DNA of 64,000 nucleotides from positions 960,001 through 1,024,000 of the forward strand of contig CAWJCS010000005.1 of the NCBI GenBank assembly GCA_963841435.1, in the 5' to 3' direction. This document shows positions 41,007 to 49,859 of the stretch, piece after piece. Position numbers and translations under genes: made by a program. Within the stretch, counting starts at the first letter, position 1; every line of letters starts with the position of its first letter. The notes beneath the pieces are model-generated. The model did no database searches and had not been told where the DNA came from. It worked only from the letters and a program-made list of their open reading frames with translations. This DNA comes from an uncultured delta proteobacterium (GTDB taxonomy: Bacteria; Myxococcota_A; Polyangia; Polyangiales; Polyangiaceae).

Positions 41007-41629
41007 TGGACACCATTCGCATCACGGGGCTCGAGCTCACCTGCATCGTGGGCGTGCGTCCGGCCGAGCGCAGGCGGCGCCAGCGGGTGCGACTCTCGAT
41101 CGAGCTCGGCGTGGACCTTTCGCGCGCCGCACACACCAGTCGCATGAAGGAGTCCGTCGATTACTCGGTGGTCGTCGAGGAGGTGGCAAGCTTGCTCCGC
41201 TTCCGCGAGTACCGCCTGATCGAGACGGCGACCGAGGAGATCGCCGCGATGCTGTTCGGCACGCACCCGCCGGCACTTTCCGTCGCCGTCACCCTCGAAA
41301 AGCCCGAAGCGTTGCGGGGTCGCGCGGCGCACGGCGCGGTTTCGATCGCGAGGCAGCGCGCGTCCTTCGCCTCCGTCGACCACGACTTCGGCCCCGAAGA
41401 AATCCTGCTCGAGACGAGCGAGGCGACGCTGAGTCTCTTCACGGTCGCGCCCGGCCGCTCGCTCGCGAGCCTCGCGAGAACACCCGCCCGTCGCCTCGGC
41501 TGGCTCGTCGCCGGACAGCTCGGTGGTGCGTCGCCGCACGATCCCGAAGCGATGCCGCGAATTTTGGAGGAAACGAACCACGGCAGCGAGCGCGCCATCG
41601 TGTTCTGCTGTGGGCTGCGCGAGGGCTGA
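41006..41629 (+). CDS. folB: Dihydroneopterin aldolase with C-terminal extension
   Basis: MDTIRITGL, IVGV..ER...Q, SVDYS, LIET, LEKPEA; extra ~85 aa cupin-like tail. Confidence 0.85.
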   Translation: MDTIRITGLELTCIVGVRPAERRRRQRVRLSIELGVDLSRAAHTSRMKESVDYSVVVEEVASLLRFREYRLIETATEEIAAMLFGTHPPALSVAVTLEKPEALRGRAAHGAVSIARQRASFASVDHDFGPEEILLETSEATLSLFTVAPGRSLASLARTPARRLGWLVAGQLGGASPHDPEAMPRILEETNHGSERAIVFCCGLREG

Positions 41630-41757
41630 CGCGGGCACGAGAAAATCTCGGGTCCAGCGGATCTCGGGAGCGGCGCTTGGCAGGCGCGGGGAGACCCGAT
41701 AGGGTGGCCCGCCCGGAGGTTCTCTTGTCGAATCGTTTCCCCCGTTGACTGCTCGCG

Positions 41758-42549
41758 ATGCTCGTTTCCTGCCTCGCCGTCCTTCTCTTCGCGGGCTCCG
41801 CGCTCGCTGCGGGGCGCGTGCAATGGAAGAGTAAATCCTTCAAGGAGCGCAGCGACAAGGCGTGGATGCTGGAGCTTGCCATCTACCTGCCGCGCGCCCC
41901 GGACGTAGCGTACGTTCCGATGAAGTTCGAGTTCGAGCTCATCACCTACTTCGAGCGCGCTCTGCTCGACGGTCACGACGGCCCCGTGGAAAACAAGACG
42001 CCCATCAACGGCCGGCAACCGCTGATCGAGAGCGTGGACGTGGGCTTCATGGACGCGAGCACCTCGAACATCGAGAAGCGAACGCGCTTCAGCTTCAAGG
42101 TGAAGCGCGACCTCGGCTACGAGGCCGGCGAGTACAAGGTGACGATCCGCGACACGCGCAACGGGCAGGTCGTGGGCTCTCCGACGACCATCACGTTCGA
42201 CGGCGAGAACAACGTCATCAATCGGCGCTCGATCGTGTTCCAGGGCGACGACGGCAAGAAGAAGAAGAAGAAGGACAAGCCGAAGGACGAGGGCGCCTCC
42301 GACGACGAGAACAAGGACAGCGCCTCGGCTGACTCCGAGAAGAAGTCCGACGAAGGTTCGGGCGAGGGCTCGGACGACGGGGCGAGCGACGAAGGCTCGG
42401 ACAACTCCGGCGGTGACGACCCCCCGCCCGTCGAGAAGAAGAGCGGCTGCGGTTGCCGCGTGCCCGGCTCGCCGGGGTCAAAGGCTCCGGGCGGCGTGCT
42501 CGCGCTCGGCCTGGCGGCGGCGTTCCTCGCGCGTCGGCGGACTCGCTAG
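41758..42549 (+). CDS. MYXO-CTERM sorting-domain surface protein
   Basis: Signal peptide, Lys/Asp/Ser low-complexity linker, C-terminal KKSGCGCRVPG...GVLALGLAAAFLARRR. Confidence 0.85.
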   Translation: MLVSCLAVLLFAGSALAAGRVQWKSKSFKERSDKAWMLELAIYLPRAPDVAYVPMKFEFELITYFERALLDGHDGPVENKTPINGRQPLIESVDVGFMDASTSNIEKRTRFSFKVKRDLGYEAGEYKVTIRDTRNGQVVGSPTTITFDGENNVINRRSIVFQGDDGKKKKKKDKPKDEGASDDENKDSASADSEKKSDEGSGEGSDDGASDEGSDNSGGDDPPPVEKKSGCGCRVPGSPGSKAPGGVLALGLAAAFLARRRTR

Positions 42550-42609
42550 CGCTGCTAGGCTCGATGCGTCCGGACGTCGCGGTCGCCGACCGACGCCGCA
42601 AGAGCCCAC

Positions 42610-43363
42610 ATGATTCCGATCAGCGACGACAACCCGACGCTCCGTTTTCCACTCGTGACGACCGGGCTGCTCGTCGCGCTCGGCGCGGTCTGGGTGCTCG
42701 TCCAGGGCGCCGGGTTCAGCGAGGCCGCGCTGAGCGCGAGCGTTTGCAACCTCGGCCTCGTGCCGGGAGAGCTCACGAAGCTCGCCCCGCTCGGCACCGC
42801 CATCCCGCTCGATCGTTCGCACGTCTGCGTCGTCAACAACGAGGCCATCAACGTGCTGACGCCCCTCACGTCGATGTTCCTGCACGGTAGCTGGGGTCAC
42901 CTGCTCGGCAACGCGCTGTTTCTGTGGGTCTTCGGCAACAACGTCGAGGACAGCATGGGGCGCTCTCGCTTCCTGGTCTTTTACCTGGTGTGCGGGCTCG
43001 CGGCCGCGGCGGCGCAGGTCGCGATGTCGCCCGCGTCGCCCGTGCCGATGGTCGGAGCTTCGGGGGCCATCTCCGGCGTGCTCGGCGGCTACCTCGTGCT
43101 CTATCCGCGCGTCAGGGTGAACATCCTCTTCATCCTCATCATCTTCATTCGCGTCATCAAGCTACCGGCCTACCTGGTGCTGCTCTGGTGGATCGGCCTT
43201 CAGCTCCTGACTGCGACGTTCCGGCGTCGAGTCCGGCGTCGCCGTCTGGGCGCACATCGGGGGGTTCGCTGCCGGGCTCGTCCTCGTCAAGTTCTTCGAA
43301 AATCCCGCGCTCGTCCACGAGCGCGATCGCGTCCGGCACCGCCTGCATCCCGGCTATCCCTGA
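42610..43363 (+). CDS. Rhomboid intramembrane serine protease, apparent frameshift near 43215
   Basis: MIPISDDNP, SMFLHG...HLLGN, VGASGAI (catalytic Ser); the catalytic His motif GVAVWAHIGGF lies in another frame ending at TGA 43361-43363. Confidence 0.85.
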
Positions 43364-43387
43364 AGCGCGCCCAGGCGCGCCCCCCGG

Positions 43388-44620
43388 TCACTCCGTGAGG
43401 TGCATCCACGTTTCGCAGTCGAAGGCGGGAGCGTTTGGGTCCTTCGCCGAGGGCAGGAAGATGCGCCCCGGTGCTTCGCCGATAGGCGGAATCGAGTGGC
43501 AGGCGCCGCAATTGCCGGCGGGGGGCGGGCAGGGCATCTCGATGCGCTCGCCCCGATACTCGAGGGCCACGCGAAAGCCCTCTGGGAGCGGCGTGAGGGT
43601 GTAAAAGTTGCCGACGGCGTTCGTCGTCAGCTTCTCGACGAGCATCTCGTCGGGTGCCATCAGCATCACACTCACGCCGGGCACGCCCTGGCTCGTGGCC
43701 GCGTCGCGTGAGGGAAAGACGGTGCCGGCCGCGCTCCAGCGAGGGGCCGTGGGGTACTCCGAGTGCTCGGCGTGGCAGCGCAGGCAGTCGTCGCCGGGCT
43801 GCATCGTCGGGCCCACCATGAAGCCGAAATCGTCCTTGGCGTCGCTCGCGCAACCGGTCGCGAGCGACGCGAGCGCCATCAGTGCCACGACCCAGCGCTG
43901 CCTCACCCAGCGCGACACGGCCTCTGCCGCCCGCGCGACGGCGTCCGGCTCGCGAAACGACTCGCACACCTCGTCGAAGGAGGCACCGCGCGCGGCTCGT
44001 TCGAGGGCCACGGCTTCGTCCTCGGACAGCGGCTCGTGCGTGACGCCGAAGCGCCGCCGCCACACGGCCACCGCGATGCGCCGTGTTTTGCCGGCGCCGC
44101 TCGCCGGATCGCGAAATAGCTCGAGCGCGCGCTCGGACACTTCGAGCCGCCTGAGGTCCGGCGAAAGGGCGAGCCGCTTCGACGGCGCGTCCGGCTCCGC
44201 AAAGTCCTCCGCGCGCGCCGCGGACTCCGCATCGGGCGCGATCAGCGCATCGAGCCGCGCCCACTCGAGCCGTGCCAGGTCGATGATTGCATCCCCGGGG
44301 CGCTCGGCGTCGGGAAGCTCGGCGAGAAATGCCGCGAAGCGTTCGCCCACCCGTTCGATGGCGGGCGAGCGCGACGGGTGACGCATGAGGTACCCGACGC
44401 CGAGCGTCTCGAAGCGTTCGGCTCCGACGCACTCGACGACGCGCTCGAACGTCTCCCGCAGCACGCCGAGCTTGCGCGTCACGAGCGCCGAGCGATAGAT
44501 ACCGAGCCGCTCGGCGGCCGTGAGGCGACCGCCCGAAACGACGTGCTCCTCGGGAGCCGGGGGCGGCTCGGACGCGTGCAGCGTCTCCCAGAGCCACGTT
44601 TCACGCTGCGAAAGTCGCAC
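43388..44620 (-). CDS. DUF2063/BufC-HvfC-type MNIO partner fused in frame to a di-heme c lipoprotein-like domain
   Basis: RLGIYRSA, YL..HPS.S..I..VG..F..FL, DLARLEWAR; then WVVALMALASLATGC, CLRCH and CGACH. Confidence 0.82.
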   Translation of the reverse strand: MRLSQRETWLWETLHASEPPPAPEEHVVSGGRLTAAERLGIYRSALVTRKLGVLRETFERVVECVGAERFETLGVGYLMRHPSRSPAIERVGERFAAFLAELPDAERPGDAIIDLARLEWARLDALIAPDAESAARAEDFAEPDAPSKRLALSPDLRRLEVSERALELFRDPASGAGKTRRIAVAVWRRRFGVTHEPLSEDEAVALERAARGASFDEVCESFREPDAVARAAEAVSRWVRQRWVVALMALASLATGCASDAKDDFGFMVGPTMQPGDDCLRCHAEHSEYPTAPRWSAAGTVFPSRDAATSQGVPGVSVMLMAPDEMLVEKLTTNAVGNFYTLTPLPEGFRVALEYRGERIEMPCPPPAGNCGACHSIPPIGEAPGRIFLPSAKDPNAPAFDCETWMHLTE

Positions 44621-45434
44621 CCAGCACCTCGCTTTCCACCGCCTTTACCCGCTCCATTTCCTGCTCGAGCTCCTCGAGGGTCGGCACGTTGTCGTCCCAC
44701 TCGACGATCGCCGGCACGCGACCGAAGCGCCTGAGCACGTGCCGGTAGAGCTCCATGACGGCGTCCGGGACGCGCGAACCGTGGTCGTCGATCGCGTGGG
44801 TTCCGTGGTCGGTGTGGCCGGCGAGATGAAGCTGGCGCACCCGCTCGACGGGCAGCGTCGCGACGAAATCGGTGGGCGAGAGCCCGTGGTTCTTGGCGTT
44901 GACGATCACGTTGTTCACGTCGAGGAGAATGAAGCAGTCCGCGCGCTCGGCGACGGCGCCGAGAAACGCCGCTTCACCGAGCTCGTTTTCCGGGAACTCG
45001 AGATAAGTCGAGACGTTCTCGACGAGGATGCGCTCACCCAGACGGTCCTGGACCCTCTGGATGCGCGCTGCCACGTGCACGAGCGCCTCCTCCGTGCGCG
45101 GCAACGGCCAGAGATCGTGGGCGTAGTGGCCGCGCTCGGTGCCGAAGCACAAATGATCCGAGACGAAGGCCGCGTCGATGCTCCGCCGCAACCGCGCGAG
45201 CTCGTCGAGGTAGCCGTCATTCAGGGGATCGACACCCCCGAGCGACAGGGAGACTCCGTGCAACGCCACGTCGGAGTCGCGGCGCACGCGTTCCAAAACG
45301 GCGCGAGGCCGTCCGCCTCGCCAAAGGAAGTTCTCCGTCACCACCTCGACGAGCCCGGCGGGCGAGCCGCGCTCGAGGAGCTCGGTGTAGTGGGGCACCC
45401 TCAGGCCGTAGCCATGGTGCCCGCCGTCCCGCAT
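44601..45434 (-). CDS. Multinuclear non-heme iron oxidative enzyme (MNIO, DUF692; BufB/HvfB type)
   Basis: GYGLRVPHY, EVVTENF, HGVSLSLG, SDHLCF, HDLWPLP, ENVSTY, LLDVNN, HLAGH, IDDHG, EWD. Confidence 0.95.
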   Translation of the reverse strand: MRDGGHHGYGLRVPHYTELLERGSPAGLVEVVTENFLWRGGRPRAVLERVRRDSDVALHGVSLSLGGVDPLNDGYLDELARLRRSIDAAFVSDHLCFGTERGHYAHDLWPLPRTEEALVHVAARIQRVQDRLGERILVENVSTYLEFPENELGEAAFLGAVAERADCFILLDVNNVIVNAKNHGLSPTDFVATLPVERVRQLHLAGHTDHGTHAIDDHGSRVPDAVMELYRHVLRRFGRVPAIVEWDDNVPTLEELEQEMERVKAVESEVLGATFAA

Positions 45435-45709
45435 CAGCTCTGAACCGTACCGCCGAGCGCCTCGCAATCGGCCGCGGTCTTCGTGTAGGCCCAGCCCATG
45501 CCCATGCACTCGTTCAAGCCCTTGCACTCGTTGCTGCTCGGACCGCCGGCGCACTCGCTCATGCCGGCGCACTCGTTGCCGCCCAGGCACTTGACCTGCT
45601 GCGCAGCGGTGCCCGTGGGCTCGTCATCGCTGCCAGAACAACCCGTCATGACCAAAAGGCCTGCCACCGCGGCCGCGACGGCCGCACCCTTTCGGAGCTC
45701 TCGATGCAT
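45434..45709 (-). CDS. Bufferin-type (BufA2-like) Cys-rich RiPP precursor, lipoprotein form
   Basis: Signal with VMTGC lipobox; KCLGGNECAGMSECAG...NECKGLNECMGMGW...C..LGG; stop overlaps the MNIO start. Confidence 0.85.
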   Translation of the reverse strand: MHRELRKGAAVAAAVAGLLVMTGCSGSDDEPTGTAAQQVKCLGGNECAGMSECAGGPSSNECKGLNECMGMGWAYTKTAADCEALGGTVQS

Positions 45710-45922
45710 GGTGAACCTGCTTTGGATGCCGGGATCGCGAGCAGCGAAAGCGCTGCTCGAACCGACACCGCGCGTTCCCTATGGCAGCCGTTCGCGAGCG
45801 GTTACCGGGGCGGCGACGAGTACCGCGTTTTCCTGCCAATCGAGCGGAATTGAAGCCAAATTCGGCGACGATTCCTGCGCGTGGCCGCCCGAGGGGCGGG
45901 GCCGGCCCCCGTTACGCGGTGC

Positions 45923-47125
45923 TCACGCGCGGCTGACCTGCTCGACGATCACCCCGATGGCCCGTTCGAGCACGTCTTCGGGCGTGAGCAGGCTCACGAC
46001 GGCATGCGGCGGACCGATGAAATCGAAGAAATACCCCGGCTGCACGAGGACCCCCTTCGCGAGGAAAAGGAGCGACCACTCCTCGTCGCTCAGGGTCGCG
46101 GGCAAGCGCAACACGGCATACCAGCCGCCCTCGACAGGCAGCACCGAGATCGGAGACCCCGCGCACGCCGCGGCGAGTTGGGCGACGTTTCGCGCGGAGC
46201 GCGCGCGGATGGCGTCCCGCGCGGTGCCCCGCGACGCGAGCAGGGCCGGCAGGGCGCGCTGCACGGCCGTCCCCGGCGAAAGAAACGTGTCGGCAACGAC
46301 CTCGAGCCGGGCGAGCGCTTGCTCGACGAGGGGGGCTTCGCCGCCGAGCGTCATCCAGGCAAGCTTTGCCTGCGGCAGCGCCGCCACCTTGGAGAGCCCG
46401 TCGAGCGCCACCGTCAGGAGCCCCGCTGATTCGAGCGCGGATTTCGCGCGCCGCGGGTCGTCGCCGAGCGCGTACTCGCCGAATACCTCGTCGGAGATCA
46501 ACGGCAGACCGAGCGCGCCGAGGCGTTCGAGCCCGGCTCGGTCGAGGAAGCTGCCCGTGGGGTTGTTCGGGCTCACCACGACGATGGCGCGGGCGCGTGG
46601 GGTGCGGACGCGCTCGACCTCCGCTACGTCGAGAAACCAGGCGCCGTCGAAGCCCAGGCGGTACGTCATCGGCGTGACGCCCTCGAGGCGCGCGAGATGC
46701 TCGAACAGCGGATAGCTCGGCGCCGGCACGAGCACCTCGTCGCCCGGGTCGCAGAAGAGCTTGAACGCGTAGGCGTACGCTTCGCTCGTGCTCGCCGTGA
46801 GCACCACGTGCCCGGGGTCCACGGCGAGACCGCGCTCGCGCCACAGCGTCGCCACGGCGTCGCGCGCCGTCGCGAGCCCGAACGGCGCCGGCTCGTACGC
46901 GAGGTCCGTCGCGGCCTCGGCGAGCGCAACGCGCGTGGCCTGGGCGTACGGGATGCCTGCCTCGGTGGGATTGGACACCGTGAGATCCGAGAGCGGTAAA
47001 GCGCGCCCTCGCGCGGCGGCGAGCGCGACCGCGAGGCGATTGGGAGCGAGCTCGACGGCGCTCCGTTGCGAAAACGGGCCCGTTTCAGCAGCGGGCGGGG
47101 GTGCCCCGCGGTCGGAACGCGTCAC
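45923..47125 (-). CDS. PLP-dependent aminotransferase class I/II
   Basis: DLTVSNPT, PSYPLF, VSPNNPTG, ISDEVF, GLSK, GYFFD. Confidence 0.9.
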   Translation of the reverse strand: MTRSDRGAPPPAAETGPFSQRSAVELAPNRLAVALAAARGRALPLSDLTVSNPTEAGIPYAQATRVALAEAATDLAYEPAPFGLATARDAVATLWRERGLAVDPGHVVLTASTSEAYAYAFKLFCDPGDEVLVPAPSYPLFEHLARLEGVTPMTYRLGFDGAWFLDVAEVERVRTPRARAIVVVSPNNPTGSFLDRAGLERLGALGLPLISDEVFGEYALGDDPRRAKSALESAGLLTVALDGLSKVAALPQAKLAWMTLGGEAPLVEQALARLEVVADTFLSPGTAVQRALPALLASRGTARDAIRARSARNVAQLAAACAGSPISVLPVEGGWYAVLRLPATLSDEEWSLLFLAKGVLVQPGYFFDFIGPPHAVVSLLTPEDVLERAIGVIVEQVSRA

Positions 47126-48318
47126 TCGCCCCCACCGAGCTCGGCGACGAGAGCGCGCGCGAGCACGCGAAAGTCCTCGAGGTCGTTGTAGAGCGCCGCC
47201 GAAACGCGCAAGAGCTGCGCGGGCGGGCTCGGCCAGTGAATGACGAGCGTCTGGATGCGGTGTCGCTCGTAGAGCTGCGAGTAGAGCGGCTCCGCGAAAG
47301 CCCAGCCGGGCGGCGCCACCACCTCGCGCGCGTCAGGGAGCTGGACGGCGGCGAGCGAGCCGACCATCGATTCGGGGCACACCGGCGAGCCACCGACGGC
47401 CTCGATGATGAGCTCGCGCGCGCCGAGCGCAAGATCGCGATTGTGCGCTCGCACGGCGGGCCAGCCTCCCGAAAGGAGCCCCCCGACGTGGTCGAGCACG
47501 AACGGCAGGGAAAGGATGCCGCTCGCGTCCTTGGTGCCGACCCAGTCGAACTCGAGCTGGAAGCGACTGCGATCGGTGCGGGGCGAGCTCGCTCCGTGGC
47601 TGATGACGAGCGGGCGCTGCGCCGCTTGCCGCTCGCGCGACACCCAGAGAAACGCGGTCCCCTTCGGCGCGCAGCACCACTTGTGGAAATTCCCGGTGTA
47701 GTAGTCGACACCGAGCGCGCCGAGGTCGAGGGGCAGCATACCCGGCGCGTGCGCGCCGTCGATCAGCGTGGCGATGCCGCGCGCGCGGAGCGCCTGGGCG
47801 AGCTCGGCGACGGGGAACACGAGTCCCGTGGGGCTCGTCACGTGATCCAAGAGCGCGAGGCGCGTCTTTTCGCTGACCGCGGCGAGCACGGCGTCGACCA
47901 CCTCGGCCGGGTCGGTGAGCGGGAACGGCACGCGCGAAACGACGACACGAGCACCGGCGCGTTCCGCGAAGTGGGCGGCCGCATTGTTGCAGGCGTTGTA
48001 GCCGTGGTTCGTCACCACGATCTCGTCGCCCGGTGCGAGCGGAAAGCTCCCGAGCACCGTGCTCACGCCGCTCGTCGTGTTGTCGACGAACACGAGATCG
48101 CGCGGGTCGGCCCCCACGAAGCGCGCTGCCGCAACGCGCGCCGCGTCGAGCCCGGGCTCGAGCTCGTGCATGACGAAGTGCACGGGATCGTGCTCGAAGC
48201 GCTCGGCAAGGCCCGCGGCGTGCTCGAGGACGGCGCGCGGGCAGGCTCCGAACGACCCGTGGTTGAGAAAAACCAGCTCCGGATCGAGCAGAAATCGGGG
48301 CGCGAGGTGGCTTGGCAT
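47122..48318 (-). CDS. PLP-dependent class V enzyme (isopenicillin N epimerase / cysteine desulfhydrase-like)
   Basis: FLNHGSFGACP, DHVTSPTG, IDGAHAPG, GNFHKW..APKG, WVGTKD, LRVSA..YN. Confidence 0.88.
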   Translation of the reverse strand: MPSHLAPRFLLDPELVFLNHGSFGACPRAVLEHAAGLAERFEHDPVHFVMHELEPGLDAARVAAARFVGADPRDLVFVDNTTSGVSTVLGSFPLAPGDEIVVTNHGYNACNNAAAHFAERAGARVVVSRVPFPLTDPAEVVDAVLAAVSEKTRLALLDHVTSPTGLVFPVAELAQALRARGIATLIDGAHAPGMLPLDLGALGVDYYTGNFHKWCCAPKGTAFLWVSRERQAAQRPLVISHGASSPRTDRSRFQLEFDWVGTKDASGILSLPFVLDHVGGLLSGGWPAVRAHNRDLALGARELIIEAVGGSPVCPESMVGSLAAVQLPDAREVVAPPGWAFAEPLYSQLYERHRIQTLVIHWPSPPAQLLRVSAALYNDLEDFRVLARALVAELGGGE

Positions 48319-48356
48319 GCGAAGCGCGGCGCTACCACGGTACACTCCTTCGAACC

Positions 48357-49358
48357 ATGGGTCCGCTCGACAAGGAATGGCCGAACTTCGACGCCATGCC
48401 GGAAGACGACGCCCTCACCCGGGCGCGTCCCCGCGGCCAGAAGCTCGCGCGCTGGGTGTGGTGGGACGGGGATTTGCGCGAGGCGGACCAGCTCAGCGTC
48501 CACTACTACGCCAACGCCCTTCACTACGGCACCGCCGCGTTCGAAGGCATCCGGGTCTACCCGAGCGAGCACGGTCCCGTGCTCGTGCGCCTGCGCGACC
48601 ACCTCGAGCGCCTGCTCATCTCGGCGCGCCTGTACGGCATGCGCGTCCCATTCGACGTCGAGGCACTCGCGCGCGGCGCCATCGAGGTCACGCGCAAGAA
48701 CGGCACCGTGAACGGCTACCTACGCCCCCTCGCCTACTACGGCGAAGGACCCATCGACCTGAAACCGAAGCTCGAGTGCAAGGTCCACGCGTTCGTGGCC
48801 GTGCGCGAGCTCGGCACGTTCCTGGGCGACGACGCGCTCCGAAACGGCGTCCGCGTCATGGTCTCGAGCTACCGCAAGATCCACCATTCGATGCTGCCCA
48901 CCATGGCAAAGGCGAGCGGCCACTACGCCAACAACGTGCTCGCCGCCCACGAGGCGCTCGATCACGGCTTCGACGACGCCATCCTGCTCAACCACGACGG
49001 CAGCGTGGCGTGTGCCACCGGCTGCAACGTGTTCTTCGTCAAGAACGGCAAGCTCTTCACGAACGACGAGACGAGCTCCATCGTGCCCGGCATCACCCGC
49101 GACTGCGTGTTCGATCTCGCCGCGGAGCGCGGCATCGAGATCCAGGTGCGCGCCTTCACGCGCGAGGAGCTCGAGCGTGCCGACGAAGTGTTCCTGACGG
49201 GCACGGCCGCCGAGATCACCCCCGTGCGCGAGATCGACGGCGTCAAGCTTCGCACCGGCAAGGGCACGCTCGGCGCCTGGTTCCAGCGGGCGTACTTGCG
49301 CGCCGTCACCGGTAAGGACGAGCGACGCATTGGGTGGCTTTCGCGCGTGCGTAGCTGA
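48357..49358 (+). CDS. ilvE: Branched-chain amino acid aminotransferase
   Basis: LHYGTAAFEGIR, YLRP, AKASGHY, PGITRD, ADEVFLTGTAAEITPV. Confidence 0.92.
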   Translation: MGPLDKEWPNFDAMPEDDALTRARPRGQKLARWVWWDGDLREADQLSVHYYANALHYGTAAFEGIRVYPSEHGPVLVRLRDHLERLLISARLYGMRVPFDVEALARGAIEVTRKNGTVNGYLRPLAYYGEGPIDLKPKLECKVHAFVAVRELGTFLGDDALRNGVRVMVSSYRKIHHSMLPTMAKASGHYANNVLAAHEALDHGFDDAILLNHDGSVACATGCNVFFVKNGKLFTNDETSSIVPGITRDCVFDLAAERGIEIQVRAFTREELERADEVFLTGTAAEITPVREIDGVKLRTGKGTLGAWFQRAYLRAVTGKDERRIGWLSRVRS

Positions 49359-49416
49359 GCGGCAAGAACGCGCGGTTTTGACGCGCGACGGACGGGCGAG
49401 GTATGATGGAAACAGT

Positions 49417-49746
49417 ATGTTCGACACGCTGAGTCCGGACGAGCGCCTGTTACTTCTTCGTTTCGTCTGCGCGTTCGCCTGGACCGACCTCGTCGTCGCG
49501 CCTCGCGAGCGCGCGTTCGTCGAGCGCCTCGTGAGCCGCCTCCGGCTCGACGCGGACGACGCCGCCCAGGTGCGCGAGTGGCTCGACGTGGCGCCCGCGC
49601 CGGGCTCCGTGGACCCGAATGCCGTGCCTGCGGAACATCGCCGCGCCTTCTTCGAAAGTGTCCGCGCTCTCGTGTATGCCGACGGCAAGGTCGACCCCGA
49701 AGAGCGGGAACAGCTCGATCGCTTGCAGCGCGCGCTTTCCCCCTGA
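49417..49746 (+). CDS. TerB-family protein
   Basis: AFAWTD....ER and ADGKVDPEE acidic motifs. Confidence 0.75.
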   Translation: MFDTLSPDERLLLLRFVCAFAWTDLVVAPRERAFVERLVSRLRLDADDAAQVREWLDVAPAPGSVDPNAVPAEHRRAFFESVRALVYADGKVDPEEREQLDRLQRALSP

Positions 49747-49859
49747 TGCTCGCGCCCTCGGAGGCGCGATCCGAATTTCAGTGGCTCTGGATAGCTGTGC
49801 TCCGCGCGGCCGGGCGTGATTGCCGGCCGGGCCGGGTGGGCTACGATCGGAAAAGGCTT

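Noticed and set aside
42256-42273. AAG trinucleotide run as a contingency locus
   Set aside because: In-frame poly-Lys in a low-complexity linker; length changes would not switch expression
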